A stretch of 63,633 nt of DNA, the filler included, from Globobulimina sp. (taxonomy: Eukaryota): the NCBI GenBank assembly GCA_003354225.1. It is 22 parts of 22 records of this genome, joined end to end, with 100 filler letters (N's around TTAATTAATTAA, not from the genome) between each part and the next. Parts side by side here need not be neighbours in the genome. Positions count along the whole stretch, not along the records: positions 11,601 to 14,399 come from PIVH01004845.1; positions 14,500 to 17,298 come from PIVH01004846.1; positions 17,399 to 20,197 come from PIVH01004847.1; positions 20,298 to 23,096 come from PIVH01004848.1; positions 23,197 to 25,995 come from PIVH01004849.1; 17 more parts are not named here. One strand, 5' to 3'. The notes beneath the pieces were generated by a model. The model was not told where the DNA came from, made no database searches, and saw nothing but the letters and a program-made list of their open reading frames with translations. A program made the translations under genes and the position numbers. Positions 12,052 through 23,922 of this stretch are shown here, one piece after another. How positions within the stretch are numbered: position 1 is the first letter of the stretch; every line of letters starts with the position of its first letter.

Positions 12052-12532
12052 ATGTAATTTCTTGTTTTTATAACTCTTTATTTAAATTTATCTTTTGATC
12101 ATCTTTTCCAACACTCAAGTTTTTCAAAGTAAGTAACAGCTTCACTTTAAACCAAAGGGTCCTTCTGTAGTTTGTAAAATCAATGGCGGAATCCATTCAA
12201 CCACTTTTAGGGAGATTGGCATCGAAAAATAAATGGAACTTCACCGGTGATTATTTGAGTAATTTTGAAAAGCATTTGATTCCCAAAAATGCGAAAATGC
12301 AGCAGTTATTTAAAAGATGTGTGCTGGTCACATTTTTTTGGTTTAGGAAGGAATGCAACGAGTTGACATTTTTTTGGTTTAGGAAAGACCACACTATGCA
12401 ATATGCATTGAAGAATTAGAGCCATTGTTAGCTCATTTAGGGATTCAGATGGGTTCCATGTATAAATTTGATAAAACAATGGAAGAAGTCGAAATTGAGA
12501 ACAACACAAACTTTACGTTGTTTTAGTGCATG

Positions 12533-14345
12533 TTACTTAAGCTTTGCTTTTTTAACTCTCTTTTCCTTTTTTATCGTTTGAGGAATAATCGTATCATCCA
12601 CAATATCAAAATATTTCATATCTACCGGCCTCATCATCAAATTCGCGATCAATCCGATACTTAACATCCCCGCCATTGAATACATTGGATAATCGTATAA
12701 ATACGGAGTTGGATCTGTTGCCTCATCACTGCATATTTCCAATAACTTATTTATTGTCACAATTTTCGCATCAATCAAGCTATCCAAATGTATAAGTTGA
12801 TCACCAAACGTTTTTTCAAACGTAACCGGATCACAATAATTATGCGCCAAGTCATAAATCGCAGTATATACGGAATTATTCCTTAAATAGCCCAACAATG
12901 ACGGTCCAACCAGTCCAGCGGCGGACCACGCCGTCAATAAACAGCCGTGGATCCCACCCACCTCCGCTTTGCCATAATTATCTGCCAAGTACGCGGGAAT
13001 GGTCGCAAATCCGCCGCCGTACATTGTGAATATTACCATGGTCGCACCATAAAACATGACCAGATATTTAACCATCGGGTCGACGCCAACCAAATGAGCC
13101 AAATACGGTATCGACAGATACAAAGGAATGCCCAATGAGAAAAACACAGTGTACGTAAACTTCCTTCCTCGAAAGTCGTCTTTTCCAAAAATTTTGTCGC
13201 CAAAATGGTCGCTCAGCGAGGCCCACAAAAACCGGCCCAGCATATTGAACAAACTGATCATTGAAACATAGGTTGCGGCAAACGCAGCATCCACGATATC
13301 CGGCATGGCGCCTCCAAATATATCATTCATCATTGTTTTGGCAATGCCAATCACGCCAATCCCTGCAGTCACATTGCAAAACAAAACGGTCCATAACTGG
13401 TAGAATTGAACCGTGCTCAATGCGCTTTTTATCGACACACTGCCTCTCTGATGATACGCGCTCACATTTGCGGGCATTCCCTGCCGTTTCTGCGAAGGCG
13501 CCACAGTGTTTTTTTTCATTATGTAAGCTTCGTAATCTTTGGGTGGTAACCTATAGCCAAAAGCGCCCAAATTCATAGTACAGAAATACAGCACTCCCAA
13601 TGTGGCAAAGGTGGCCATAGTGCCGGTATTCCCACTGCCGACTAAGTATAATCCGTCCAACAAATCCGTCGATTTGGCGCCTACATTCCGCGCCAAATCA
13701 GCCGCGTTCGCATACACAACCTCTTGCAGTCCGAGTGTCGCATTTTCAACGTACTGTTTGCCGTCTTTTATGATAACAGTTAGTTCTTCCTTCGAGCCTA
13801 AGAATTGCGGCGGTTCAAAATAGAAATTCAGCAACATTTCTTTCAACGGCGTGGCAATCATAGCGCCTCCACCAAAGCCCATGATGGCTAAGCCAGTGGC
13901 CATGCCCTTTCGGTCCGGGAACCATTTAATCAGTGTGCTGACCGGCGATATATATCCCAAACCCAAACCGCATCCGCCCAGCACACCATATCCGCAGTAT
14001 AAAAGTGGCCAGGAATGCATGTAAATGCCCACACTGCCAACGAGGAAGCCGCCGCCCCAACAGGCCGCAGCAAGGGAGCCGACCATCCGTGGACCCACTT
14101 TTTCCATCCATCGGCCCGACATTGCGGCGGATAAACCCAGACAGACAATGCTCACTGAAAATATCCGCATCGCAGTTTGCAAATCGAAATCATCTACAAA
14201 CACAATTTAATGTAGTTTGCAACATTAGATTACAGATAATTGTATACTGTGGACCTGGCGCAGCAGCCACGACGCCCAGTTCTCTCGTCAATGGGGAGTT
14301 GAATATGCTCCATGCATACACTGATCCGATGGACATATGGACCGC
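12533..14345 (-). CDS. MFS transporter, oxalate:formate antiporter (OFA)/monocarboxylate-like family
   Basis: HMSIGSVYAWSIFN (upstream exon), GLGLGYISPVSTLIKWFPDRKGMATGLAIMGFGGGAMIA and MYGGGFATIPAYLAD are OFA-family motifs; intron near 14197-14247. Confidence 0.9.
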
Positions 14346-14499
14346 TTTTAATTAAATAAGTTAACAGGTAAAAAGCTGCTGCAGTACAATAATATATATN
14401 NNNNNNNNNNNNNNNNNNNNNNNNNNNNNNNNNNNNNNNNNNNTTAATTAATTAANNNNNNNNNNNNNNNNNNNNNNNNNNNNNNNNNNNNNNNNNNNN

Positions 14500-14617
14500 A
14501 GAAGGCGAAGGAGGAGGATAAGGATAATAATAAATGTTGTATTTGTTTGGAGCAGTTCAAGAATGGCGATAAAATTCGGAGGTTGCCTTGTTTACATATT
14601 TTTCATTTGGATGAAAT
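14500..14617 (+). other. RING-H2 coding segment in inverted orientation relative to its parent gene
   Basis: KCCICLEQFKNGDKIRRLPCLHIFHLDEI on the + strand abuts the minus-strand ORF ending LSYEELNNLFPNIPRGANE. Confidence 0.85.
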
Positions 14618-15691
14618 TCATTGGCTCCGCGTGGAATATTTGGAAACAAATTATTTAACTCTTCATACGACAGAGCATCAAACCCATCCTCCATTAATCC
14701 AAAACGCATTCTATTTATATCCTGCATATTATTCATAATCCGGTGTCTATGTATTTCATTAAATCCAGATCTATCGAATGAGTCTCCATCGCCGGAGCTA
14801 AATGACGATGAATTCAATATAAATTCAAATGGATTCCGTGGATGAATCTGGTGCAATGTGCAAGGATATATTTTATAATTATCCATCAATCAAAATATTA
14901 TATATATTACATACATTTATAATATTATTATTATTTATCCTCGGTCGAATAGCCATAAAATTGAGCTCTTGATCAAATTCGTCGTCTTCGTCGCCGTCAT
15001 CTTCAATGTCAAATTCGTCATCTTCATCATATTCATTTTGTAAATTTCGATTTCTATGTTGATATCTATGCTGATTAATATTTCGGTTTCGATTTCTTTC
15101 TATTTCTTGTTGATATGCATTTTGTTCCCGATCTAATTGTCGTTGTAATTGTAGTGCGACTTCGCGATCATTTTCTTCTTGGTTTACCACTCGACGCTGT
15201 TCCTCGCGAATTAATTGTGGCGTTACTTGGTTGTTATTATGGTTATGGTTTTGATGCCGATTATTGTGCCGTTTGCGGTGTTTTTTATGGCTATGGCTAT
15301 GGCTATGATTATCGTTATGATTATGGTTATTGTTATGAGTGGCTGTGAATGTATGGGGTTGCTGTTGTATTTGTGGTGGTATTTTTGATTCATTTTGAGT
15401 TTGTTGTAGATGTTTTAAATGAGATAATTTATGCTGTAATTTAGATAATTTATTCGTTTCTTTGCTGATGTTATCATGTGACTGTTTAATTTGTTTTTGT
15501 AATGAAATAATTTGTGATGATATAAAATCCGGTGATTCATTTATTTGATTTGAATAATTTGGGTTTTCCATTTTAATATCGATGTCGTACGCTTCATCAT
15601 AGTCAGTGCTGTTTTCCTGTTTGTTGTTCCTTTTCAATTTTATGTTCGCATTCCGTGCATAGAGCTGCTCTTCAATTGTTAAAGCGGACAT
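14615..15691 (-). CDS. RING-H2 E3 ubiquitin ligase N-terminal part (ubiquitin-binding-like DREVALQLQ motif and SYEEL motif)
   Basis: QEENDREVALQLQRQLD and LSYEELxxL...PRG, which normally precedes a RING-H2 domain; intron near 14850-14915. Confidence 0.75.
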
Positions 15692-15742
15692 GATCAGGAA
15701 AAAAAAGATAGGGGAATATGCAAAATGTTTACTGTTAAAACA

Positions 15743-16462
15743 TCATGAAAACCCGTTAGTCTTTGCATTCATCCATTGGTCATATGACACAAATTTAGCA
15801 TAATCATTTGCTGGATGAAAATGAGGAGAAGTCAATATTGCCTTCAATCCACAAAATGATTTCGTTTCATCCAAATTATGATCATCCCATTTCACCCATT
15901 TCCAACCTTCGCATTTATGCGGTTCTGCATTGATTGCTGGCTTCTCCCCGTCATACATCGCAGACATAATGATATCAATATAATGTAAGTTATCTTCTTT
16001 TCCGTTGTTTGCCGGTGCGACGCTATTGTTTACAAATGCAAACTTCCATTGCTCTGCCGGTATATTTAAACTTGTCTCTTCCAATACTTCTTGAAATGCG
16101 CATTGTTGCCACGACTCACTGTATTCCAAATGTCCCCCAGGCAATGCATACAAACCCGCGCCATGACTTGATTTCCGAATTCCCACTAAAAATTCCAAAT
16201 CATTGTCTTTGTTTCTACGTAGTATCAAGCAGCCCAATCCTACCTTCGGTCTTTTAGATTTATCCTCAATTCGTTGTACTGGATGTAGTCTTGTCTTTGA
16301 ATGCATCTTTTTTATTGCATACATATTGGATGTTAACATGTACGATTGAAGAAAAGTTCGTGCTCGTTTGGAATTAAATTGTGTGTCCACAGTAAATGCA
16401 CCGATTCCAAGTAATGACGAATATAAAGCAAACCGACGAAACGGTGATTGAAGCAACGACAT
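15743..16462 (-). CDS. NUDT15: Nudix hydrolase, NUDT15/AtNUDX1-like, with N-terminal targeting-like extension
   Basis: RPKVGLG...RKSSHGAGLYALPGGHLEYSESWQQCAFQEVLEET (Nudix box) and EPHKCEGWKW. Confidence 0.9.
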   Translation of the reverse strand: MSLLQSPFRRFALYSSLLGIGAFTVDTQFNSKRARTFLQSYMLTSNMYAIKKMHSKTRLHPVQRIEDKSKRPKVGLGCLILRRNKDNDLEFLVGIRKSSHGAGLYALPGGHLEYSESWQQCAFQEVLEETSLNIPAEQWKFAFVNNSVAPANNGKEDNLHYIDIIMSAMYDGEKPAINAEPHKCEGWKWVKWDDHNLDETKSFCGLKAILTSPHFHPANDYAKFVSYDQWMNAKTNGFS

Positions 16463-16537
16463 ATTCTGTAAGATTAAAATAGAAGAATATGTAAGCAAGT
16501 ACTAGTAAAAAAACTAGGTTCTACTTTTTACGGAAAA

Positions 16538-17298
16538 ATGAACAATGTTACCAAGAAAAGAAAGTCACAATTATTGGTAAGTGGATACGTCAGAAAATGC
16601 AGGACTCAGTACATCCACGGCCATACGGATATTATTAGTATCATTCATGCATTTCATTATTACATTCTATTGATATTATATTCTATTGGCGGGAATGGGA
16701 GTGGACAGCAAGGAAATGGAGGAAATGAAGATATTGGAAAAATAACAAAAATAAAAACATTTAAAAAAGAAATAAAGAATATTGTTACTTGTGGTGGGAG
16801 CTGGAGCCTTTATGATGAGGCAGCAACATTCATTTTATTTGATGATGGAACATATCAATGTTGCGGTTATAATAAAAATGGTGTTTTGGGTGTTGGGCAT
16901 TATAATAATATTAAGATATGGCATCAAACAAAGGATATGAAAATAAAAAATATATTCGCTGCACCAAATGGATCAGAACATGCATTTTGTATTTCAAATG
17001 AGAATAAATTGTATGCGGTCGGATTGAATAATAATAATAAATTTGGTGTAAAAACAAATGAAGAAAATAATAATCAGTGGACACCAATTAATACAACATT
17101 ATCGATTCAAAAAGTAGAAACAGCAGGGTGTTATACAACATTTTTAAGTACAAATGGGAAAATATATGTTGCTGGTTTTGATTATTATGGTCATGGTGGT
17201 TTAGGATTAGGTAAATATACCTTCTCATCACCAAATATTCAAGAAATGAAAATAAAAATTAAATTTAAGGATGTATCTTGTGGACGTGCTCATACCTT
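16538..17298 (+). CDS. RCC1/BLIP-II-like repeat protein, 3'-truncated
   Basis: YSIGGNGSGQQGNG, CCGYNKNGVLGVG, IYVAG...GGLGLG and DVSCGRAHT RCC1 repeats. Confidence 0.9.
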
Positions 17299-17489
17299 NN
17301 NNNNNNNNNNNNNNNNNNNNNNNNNNNNNNNNNNNNNNNNNNTTAATTAATTAANNNNNNNNNNNNNNNNNNNNNNNNNNNNNNNNNNNNNNNNNNNNTG
17401 GTTTGAGTGATGGACACTGGTCAGTGACTATATGAGTAACACGAACAAAACATTACACATTTAATTCAAAGTTTACATTACAAGGTCGA

Positions 17490-18488
17490 TCAAAATTCTT
17501 TTGCATGATCTTGGTCGCTATGTATCATATCTTGCTTATCATCCTTCTGATTTTGAGTTGGAGTCTCTGCTTTTACCCCATTGCCAGCCTCACATTGTAC
17601 ATTTCGAGTAAGATTATGATCATTTTGAATATGCTCCTTTCTTTGTGTCAAATGATTGACATGATTTTGAATTTGAATATGATTCCCATTATGTTTACCA
17701 ATATGATTTAATAAATTTGAATTTGATGAATTTCGTAGTAGGTTTGGATTATTATTGTTATTGTTATTATTTCTATTAAATAAATAGCTTTGCTGTGCCC
17801 ATGTATCCAAATCGTTTAATCCGTTCGATTGATAGTAATAATTAAATATTTGTTGTTGTAATTGTTGCCGTGTCAAATTCATGGCATTCATATTCGGCAT
17901 GGTTGGCATTGTAGGCATTGTTGGCATGGTAGGCATTGTAGGCATGTTTGGCATATTTGGCATTGGTGGCAATTGCGATGGATCTAAAGAAGCAATGGCA
18001 TCCATTGGATAATCCAGTGTTGATTCATAAGGAGTTAATAAGGGAGTTATTAATAATTGCAACACCTTTTCCGCTCCCTGTAATTTGTATTAATAAATGT
18101 ATAAAATGTGTGCAAGGATAATGAGAGTATGCCACTTAACGTTTGTTGAGGGCAGGAAACAATAAAATAAAAATATGACTTTGATGGATGAATACATCGG
18201 AATCCATTCTATCATGTCATACAACATAGATTCTATAATGTTATATGAGCCTAAAACGACCCAATAACTTAGATTTCGTTTCATTATGAGAGGATCGCAT
18301 GTTTTCAATGATTTATATGAATGATATACAGGACATACAAACATCACTAGATTAATTACAAAGGATTTGCCGAGTGATACGGACACAAAACAGACCAATG
18401 ACAATGTAAATATTAAAAGCAGGATGCGTTTGTTTAATGTCGTACGTTTTTCTAACCATTTCATAATAGCTGTGCACACAGATAACAT
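17490..18488 (-). CDS. REEP/DP1/HVA22-family ER-shaping protein with Met/Pro/Asn-rich tail (2 exons)
   Basis: FVCPVYHSYKSLKT...LSYWVVLG...WIPMYSSIKVIFLFYCFLP then GAEKVLQLLITPLL after a short intron. Confidence 0.85.
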
Positions 18489-18663
18489 ATTATGTACATA
18501 TAATCAAACATATAATGCATCATAAGTTAACTTGAACGCTCTAATCTGGCCTCTATCGTAGTCCACAAAGAACCACCTGCAACACCGTTCATGTTTAATA
18601 CGTTGTCGTTGTTAGCTGCTATAAATTATAAAAAGATTGTTATACTGATCCTTTATAAGCATC

Positions 18664-20197
18664 ATGTCGTTATCGCAAGCATGGATATTGTTGTTGATAA
18701 TTACAGGATCGCAGACGGACTCTACCCCACAAACCGATAAAGGCGAAGCAATACAGAATATAGAAGAACCAGTAAAAGACACACATGGCATTTGGCAATT
18801 GTCAGATCCTCAGTTTGATCCGTTTCTTGAATTACATGACAGTGTCACAGTATTATTTACCCGCGTCGATGATTTGTATAGTTATGCAGGAAAATATCAT
18901 TTTGATCGCGCCGCCCACATTTTACGTGATTTTCGGAATAGCAGCACGCAGTTTGCAGTGATTGAAGGTGACAGATCCTCCTCCAATATCCACGACGAAT
19001 TTGGCATTGACTATTATCCAACAGTCAAATATTGCCATCACGATTACTTATCGCCACAATTAACAAAGAATAACCAAAGTGGCTCTGACCATGACTGGGA
19101 AATACGTTGTCTTGATTACAATCATCACATTGTTGAATTGATGCTAGTTCGTTGGGTGGAAGGCCTAAACCATCAATGTTCGTTTACTATTAATGATGTC
19201 GGAGAGTTTGAAGCAGCAAAGAAGGCAAATGATATATTATTGATAGGTTTCTTTGACTCTTTTGACAGTTTAGAATTTCAATTATATGAAGACCTCTGTA
19301 AACAATACAAATGGGAACGTGATATTTGGGCATATGAGCCTTCATTTGCTGTGGTCAATACTGGCATAAATGGGCAATTTGCACATACACTCTCTGAGAA
19401 TGTGCCTGGTTTGATCGTATATTGTGAGTTTAAAGAACATGCATGGATTTATAATGGACCATTGGCAGATAGAGCTGCCATCCGATCCTTTATTGAAACG
19501 GAACGGTATCCCTATTTCACTCAGGTCACTGCTTTTAATTTCAAACAATACACGGAAGAGTTGGGTTTACCGTTGATTTGGGTGGCCATTGATGATGAAT
19601 ATGATGCCTATGTCAAAAGAGTGGGTAGATTCTATGAGCACTTTGGGATTGAATTCAAAGGTATTTATTGTTAATATTCAATAACACTTCGAATAATAAT
19701 CATAGTCAATGTTACTCTGAAAAGGCTATTTAGCGATCATATGGATATCGTCGCAGTCGTATATGGGCCATATAAGGAAGTTAGGCTTCCCCTTTGTGCC
19801 CGGCGTTATGTTTATTGATACAAAGAATAATTATAAGCAATTGTATGACCCACAAGCGAGCATATTGGATTTTGATAAAATAAAAATGTTCATACAGTCG
19901 TGTTTGGATGGTACTGGGACATTATTTATTAAGTCGCAGGATGGACATGATATGAATGCATTGCTGGAACAGGAAAAGAAGCAATTCAAGAAAGAAAATA
20001 TATTAATTAAGCATGTGAATGGCGATGAGTTACAAGCGATGTTGCAAGGCGATGAGGAGAAGTATGGGGAATATAATGTTGTTGTGTTTTATTATGCAGT
20101 TTGGGACGATAAATGTCAAAGATTCCAATGGGTTTATGAACGGATTGCTGAGTTGTTGTTGGATGGGGATGGTGCTCCGATGTATGATGATTTATTA
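18664..20197 (+). CDS. Protein disulfide isomerase-like multi-thioredoxin-domain protein without intact CxxC
   Basis: Signal peptide; FGIDYYPTVKY; b-domain LLIGFFDS; YNGPLADRAAIRSFI; FIKSQ linker; a'-domain FYYAVWDDKCQRF. Confidence 0.8.
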
Positions 20198-20297
20198 NNN
20201 NNNNNNNNNNNNNNNNNNNNNNNNNNNNNNNNNNNNNNNNNTTAATTAATTAANNNNNNNNNNNNNNNNNNNNNNNNNNNNNNNNNNNNNNNNNNNN

Positions 20298-22695
20298 GCA
20301 TCGTATCACAATGTAGTACAGGAACTATAAAATCAGATCCATTAGAATTAGCACAAATGTTTTATGATATTAATGATGAATTTGGTGAGTTGGTATTAAG
20401 CAATAATTTAAATAATATAATTGTTGGTGAAACTGTGTATATTTATATCATAAATCAATATGATATATTTGACATTGATATTTTAATAAGTAATGCTTTA
20501 TATGAATGGATTAACGACTGTCAATATTATAATGCACAAACAAATCAATGTGACACTAATCAGGATTGTTCGAACTGTTTGCAAATGTTATGGGGAGAAA
20601 CCAGATATATTGGCTGTTCATATGAACAATGCTCGACAACACAAATAAATGTTGTATGCCATTATTATTACGGTGCAACATATATTGGTATGCCATTCTT
20701 TTATGGGATGGTATGTGATGGCTGTAAATATAAAATTGACAGAAATAAATGCGATAAATTAGAAAATTTATGTTATGGATGCCCGTCAAATAATTATGAA
20801 TTATGTTACAATTCAGGGAATAAGAAATGTTACAATTCACCACCAAACACATGCATTGAAAGCGGTGTTGAGCACGATCTCCAATCACAAAGTTATATAT
20901 CTCTATATATTCACATATATGTGGTTCGGTCAAATATACATTTGATATACAATAGTATGTCCAATCAGAAATCCAACATTTGAGCCAACAGAATTCCCTA
21001 CAATATATCCGACATATTATCCAAGCAAATCTCACACTTTAAATCCAACTAAGAATCCTACAAATTATCTTTCGCAGCACCCAACACCATCACCGAGTAA
21101 ACATCCAACATTGTTACCAACTACATTCCCAAGCATAATTCCAACAGAATTTCCTACATTTAAACCAAGCATAAATCCGACATTACATCCAACATATAAA
21201 CCAACAGTCGACCCAACAGATTTTCCAACTGTAAATCCAACAATACAGCCTTCATATTATCCAAGCAATGTCCCAACTAAATATCCAAGTAAAATTCCAA
21301 CTCAATCACCTTCATATTTACCTACTGATACTCCATCCACAGTGCACCCATCAATATCCCCATCAATTCATCCAATAATTCTGATAAAAACACAAAATCC
21401 AACCATACTCCCTACGATAACACCTACATTGTATCCGACACATAAAACCACGCTTGTACCAACAAAACATCCTACAAAATATCCCATAATATACCAAACC
21501 ATAAATCCGACATTGTATCCAAGTATAATACCGACTACATTACCATCATATTCCCCCAGTACTATTCCGTCTACTTCTCCAACCAAAGCATATATTTCTT
21601 CAACCATATCACCGACATTTATTCAAACATCATATCCAACAAACCAACCAACACAAAATCCAACATCAACTCCAATAACAACTGTAATTCCCACATCTCA
21701 TCCAACATCGGCATCCATTAAATGTTATATTGTGCTAACAATCATACAAATCACGCGAGGATCAACGAATGAAATATGGATCATAATTGAAGGTAAATCA
21801 GGCAAAAAAATCAGTCCATTTGGATTACAATTATTAGTAAATGATAAAAATAATAAATACAATTTCACAATATGTGATATTAATGTCGGTGAGATCATAT
21901 CAGCCAAATTAGTCACATTTAGTAAATCCATTGCCCAAATTAAATTGATTCAAATTAATGCTTTGACTGCAAATATCGCACAAAATGGTGTAGCATTAAA
22001 ATATTCAGGCTCTGCAAACAATGGATGCTCTGTCTTATCTGTTGATTTTCACAATGACATATTATTACAAACTCAACAAATTCCCTGCCAAACAGTCATA
22101 ATTGAGGCAAATCCTACAAATGCCAACACAAACCAACCATCGATATCATTTGCACCAACAAAATATCCATCAAAATTCCCTCCTCAACATGCAACCAGCA
22201 CACCAAGTATAAATCCGACATTATACCCAACAGCACATCAATCTATAAATCCTTCAGATTCACATTCACATTCACCAACAAAGTAACCTATTTTAGCAAC
22301 AAGTGTCACAACACATTAACCTTAAACATTAGCTCCCAAACAAAAAACTGAAATTCCAACACTATCACCAACAAAGTCACTGCTTAAACCGACTCACTTT
22401 CCACCAATGAGAGGTATGTTAATGTTAACTATGTTTTGTTTTTTATCGATTATAATTATAAATGTATCTAAAAACAGTTTGGTGGAAACGGACATTTAAA
22501 TGGAGATTTGAGGATTCTTCTTCATCATTTTTCTATGATAAATCGAGTAGTTCCAGTTCGAGCAGTTCAAGTAGTTCCTCTTCATCTTTTTCCTCTTCTT
22601 CATCCTGGGATTTTTCTGGTACCGGTGTAGGATATGCATATAGATATCATTATGGCCGGGAATATATTCATCGTAATGACCAGAATGATGACTGA
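20298..22695 (+). CDS. Secreted CAP (SCP/PR-1) domain plus PT-rich mucin plus PLAT-like protein (multi-exon, partly disrupted)
   Basis: QMLWGETRYIGC...VVCHY (CAP motifs), Cys-rich hinge, PTxxP tandem repeats and GSTNEIWIIIEG...VGEIISAKL (PLAT-like). Confidence 0.75.
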
Positions 22696-22815
22696 CGTTG
22701 ATTGCAATTTGTTTTTTTTTGTGACCTATATATTTTTTATTGTTCACACGATGAATAATATAACTATTCATATTCAATCTTTATTTTTATTTTTCTATAT
22801 CTGTTGAAACATTGA

Positions 22816-23096
22816 TCAACTTGTTGTTTTTTTCAGACTTTTTAATACATATTGACTTGCGACAGCATCCCAGCTCATGTGTTTGGCGAGGTCATAGCCG
22901 TCCTGGATCATTGCCTCGATCTCGGTGTCGTTCTTTGCCAATCTTGAGCAGATCTGTCAAGGACTGCTTCTTCGAGGGCATCTGCCTAATCTCGCCCTTC
23001 TCCTCGGAGTATGGCCGCAGAGCCCTCATGGCGACCATCTCGTACGACTCTTAGCTGATGTTGCGAATGCGCTCGATCGATTTGTTGATTCTCTCG
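22816..23096 (-). other. GC-rich foreign-looking coding fragments at contig end (glycosyltransferase-like C-terminus plus an unrelated frame)
   Basis: Abrupt GC increase. QICSRLAKNDTEIEAMIQDGYDLAKHMSWDAVASQY resembles the C-terminal helix of GT-B/GT4 enzymes (xSWxxxxxxY). Confidence 0.45.
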
Positions 23097-23196
23097 NNNN
23101 NNNNNNNNNNNNNNNNNNNNNNNNNNNNNNNNNNNNNNNNTTAATTAATTAANNNNNNNNNNNNNNNNNNNNNNNNNNNNNNNNNNNNNNNNNNNN

Positions 23197-23798
23197 TAAT
23201 ATCGCTGCAATTTATTGAATATTGAATATAATTCATTTTTTCGCACTGTATTTTGGTTATTTTGTTCATGGTCAGACTTGGACTCAGGCTCAGCCTCAGG
23301 TCGATTCTTATTTTTTGTATTATTATCGTTTTTTGCATGATTTATAATATTATTTTTTGTTTTGTTGGTTTGTTCGTTTTTTTGTTTAGCTATATTTCGA
23401 AGACGTGTTCTTATGGCACCAGCACTGCGACTAAATGTAATCACAAGTTTATTGATAATGTTATCCTTCAAATATGATGATGGGAAATCATTGATATATT
23501 GGACTAACACTCTATCTTCCTTTGCGCACCATTTTTTATTATGATTTTTTGCTTTGGTGTGTAGTTTTTGTAATACATTTGCATTTGTATTTGAGTTTGA
23601 GTTTGTGTTTCTCGTGGTTTTGAAATGCTCACTTGGATGATAATATGAACATATACGTTTGGTTAATTTCCAACACTTTCTACCGTATTTACAAGGTGTA
23701 TGCTGAAAGCTACACTGTCCAGTTTTGACATCTTCACAACGAAATGTCAGAGGACATGCTGGTACAAACACTGGGTTTACAAAAGACGACGTGTACAT
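23197..23798 (-). CDS. Tandem CCCH zinc-finger plus Myb/HTH-like protein, 3'-truncated
   Basis: CPLTFRCEDVKTGQCSFQH, CKYGRKCWKLTKRICSYYH and KWCAKEDRVL...FSRSAGAIRTRL. Confidence 0.7.
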
Positions 23799-23922
23799 TA
23801 TTATTATTAGTAAGTATAAGTATCTGTGAAAAAAGTCCTTGCACTTTGCACATTGCAGCAATCAAAAAATAAAATCAAACCCAAAAATGAAAGCAAAAAC
23901 AAATATTTTACGGTATACACAA

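Noticed and set aside
12325-12390. Short direct repeat (cattttttggtttaggaa-like, two copies) within a 78-aa ORF
   Set aside because: Only two copies in an intergenic 3' region; no array or spacer structure.
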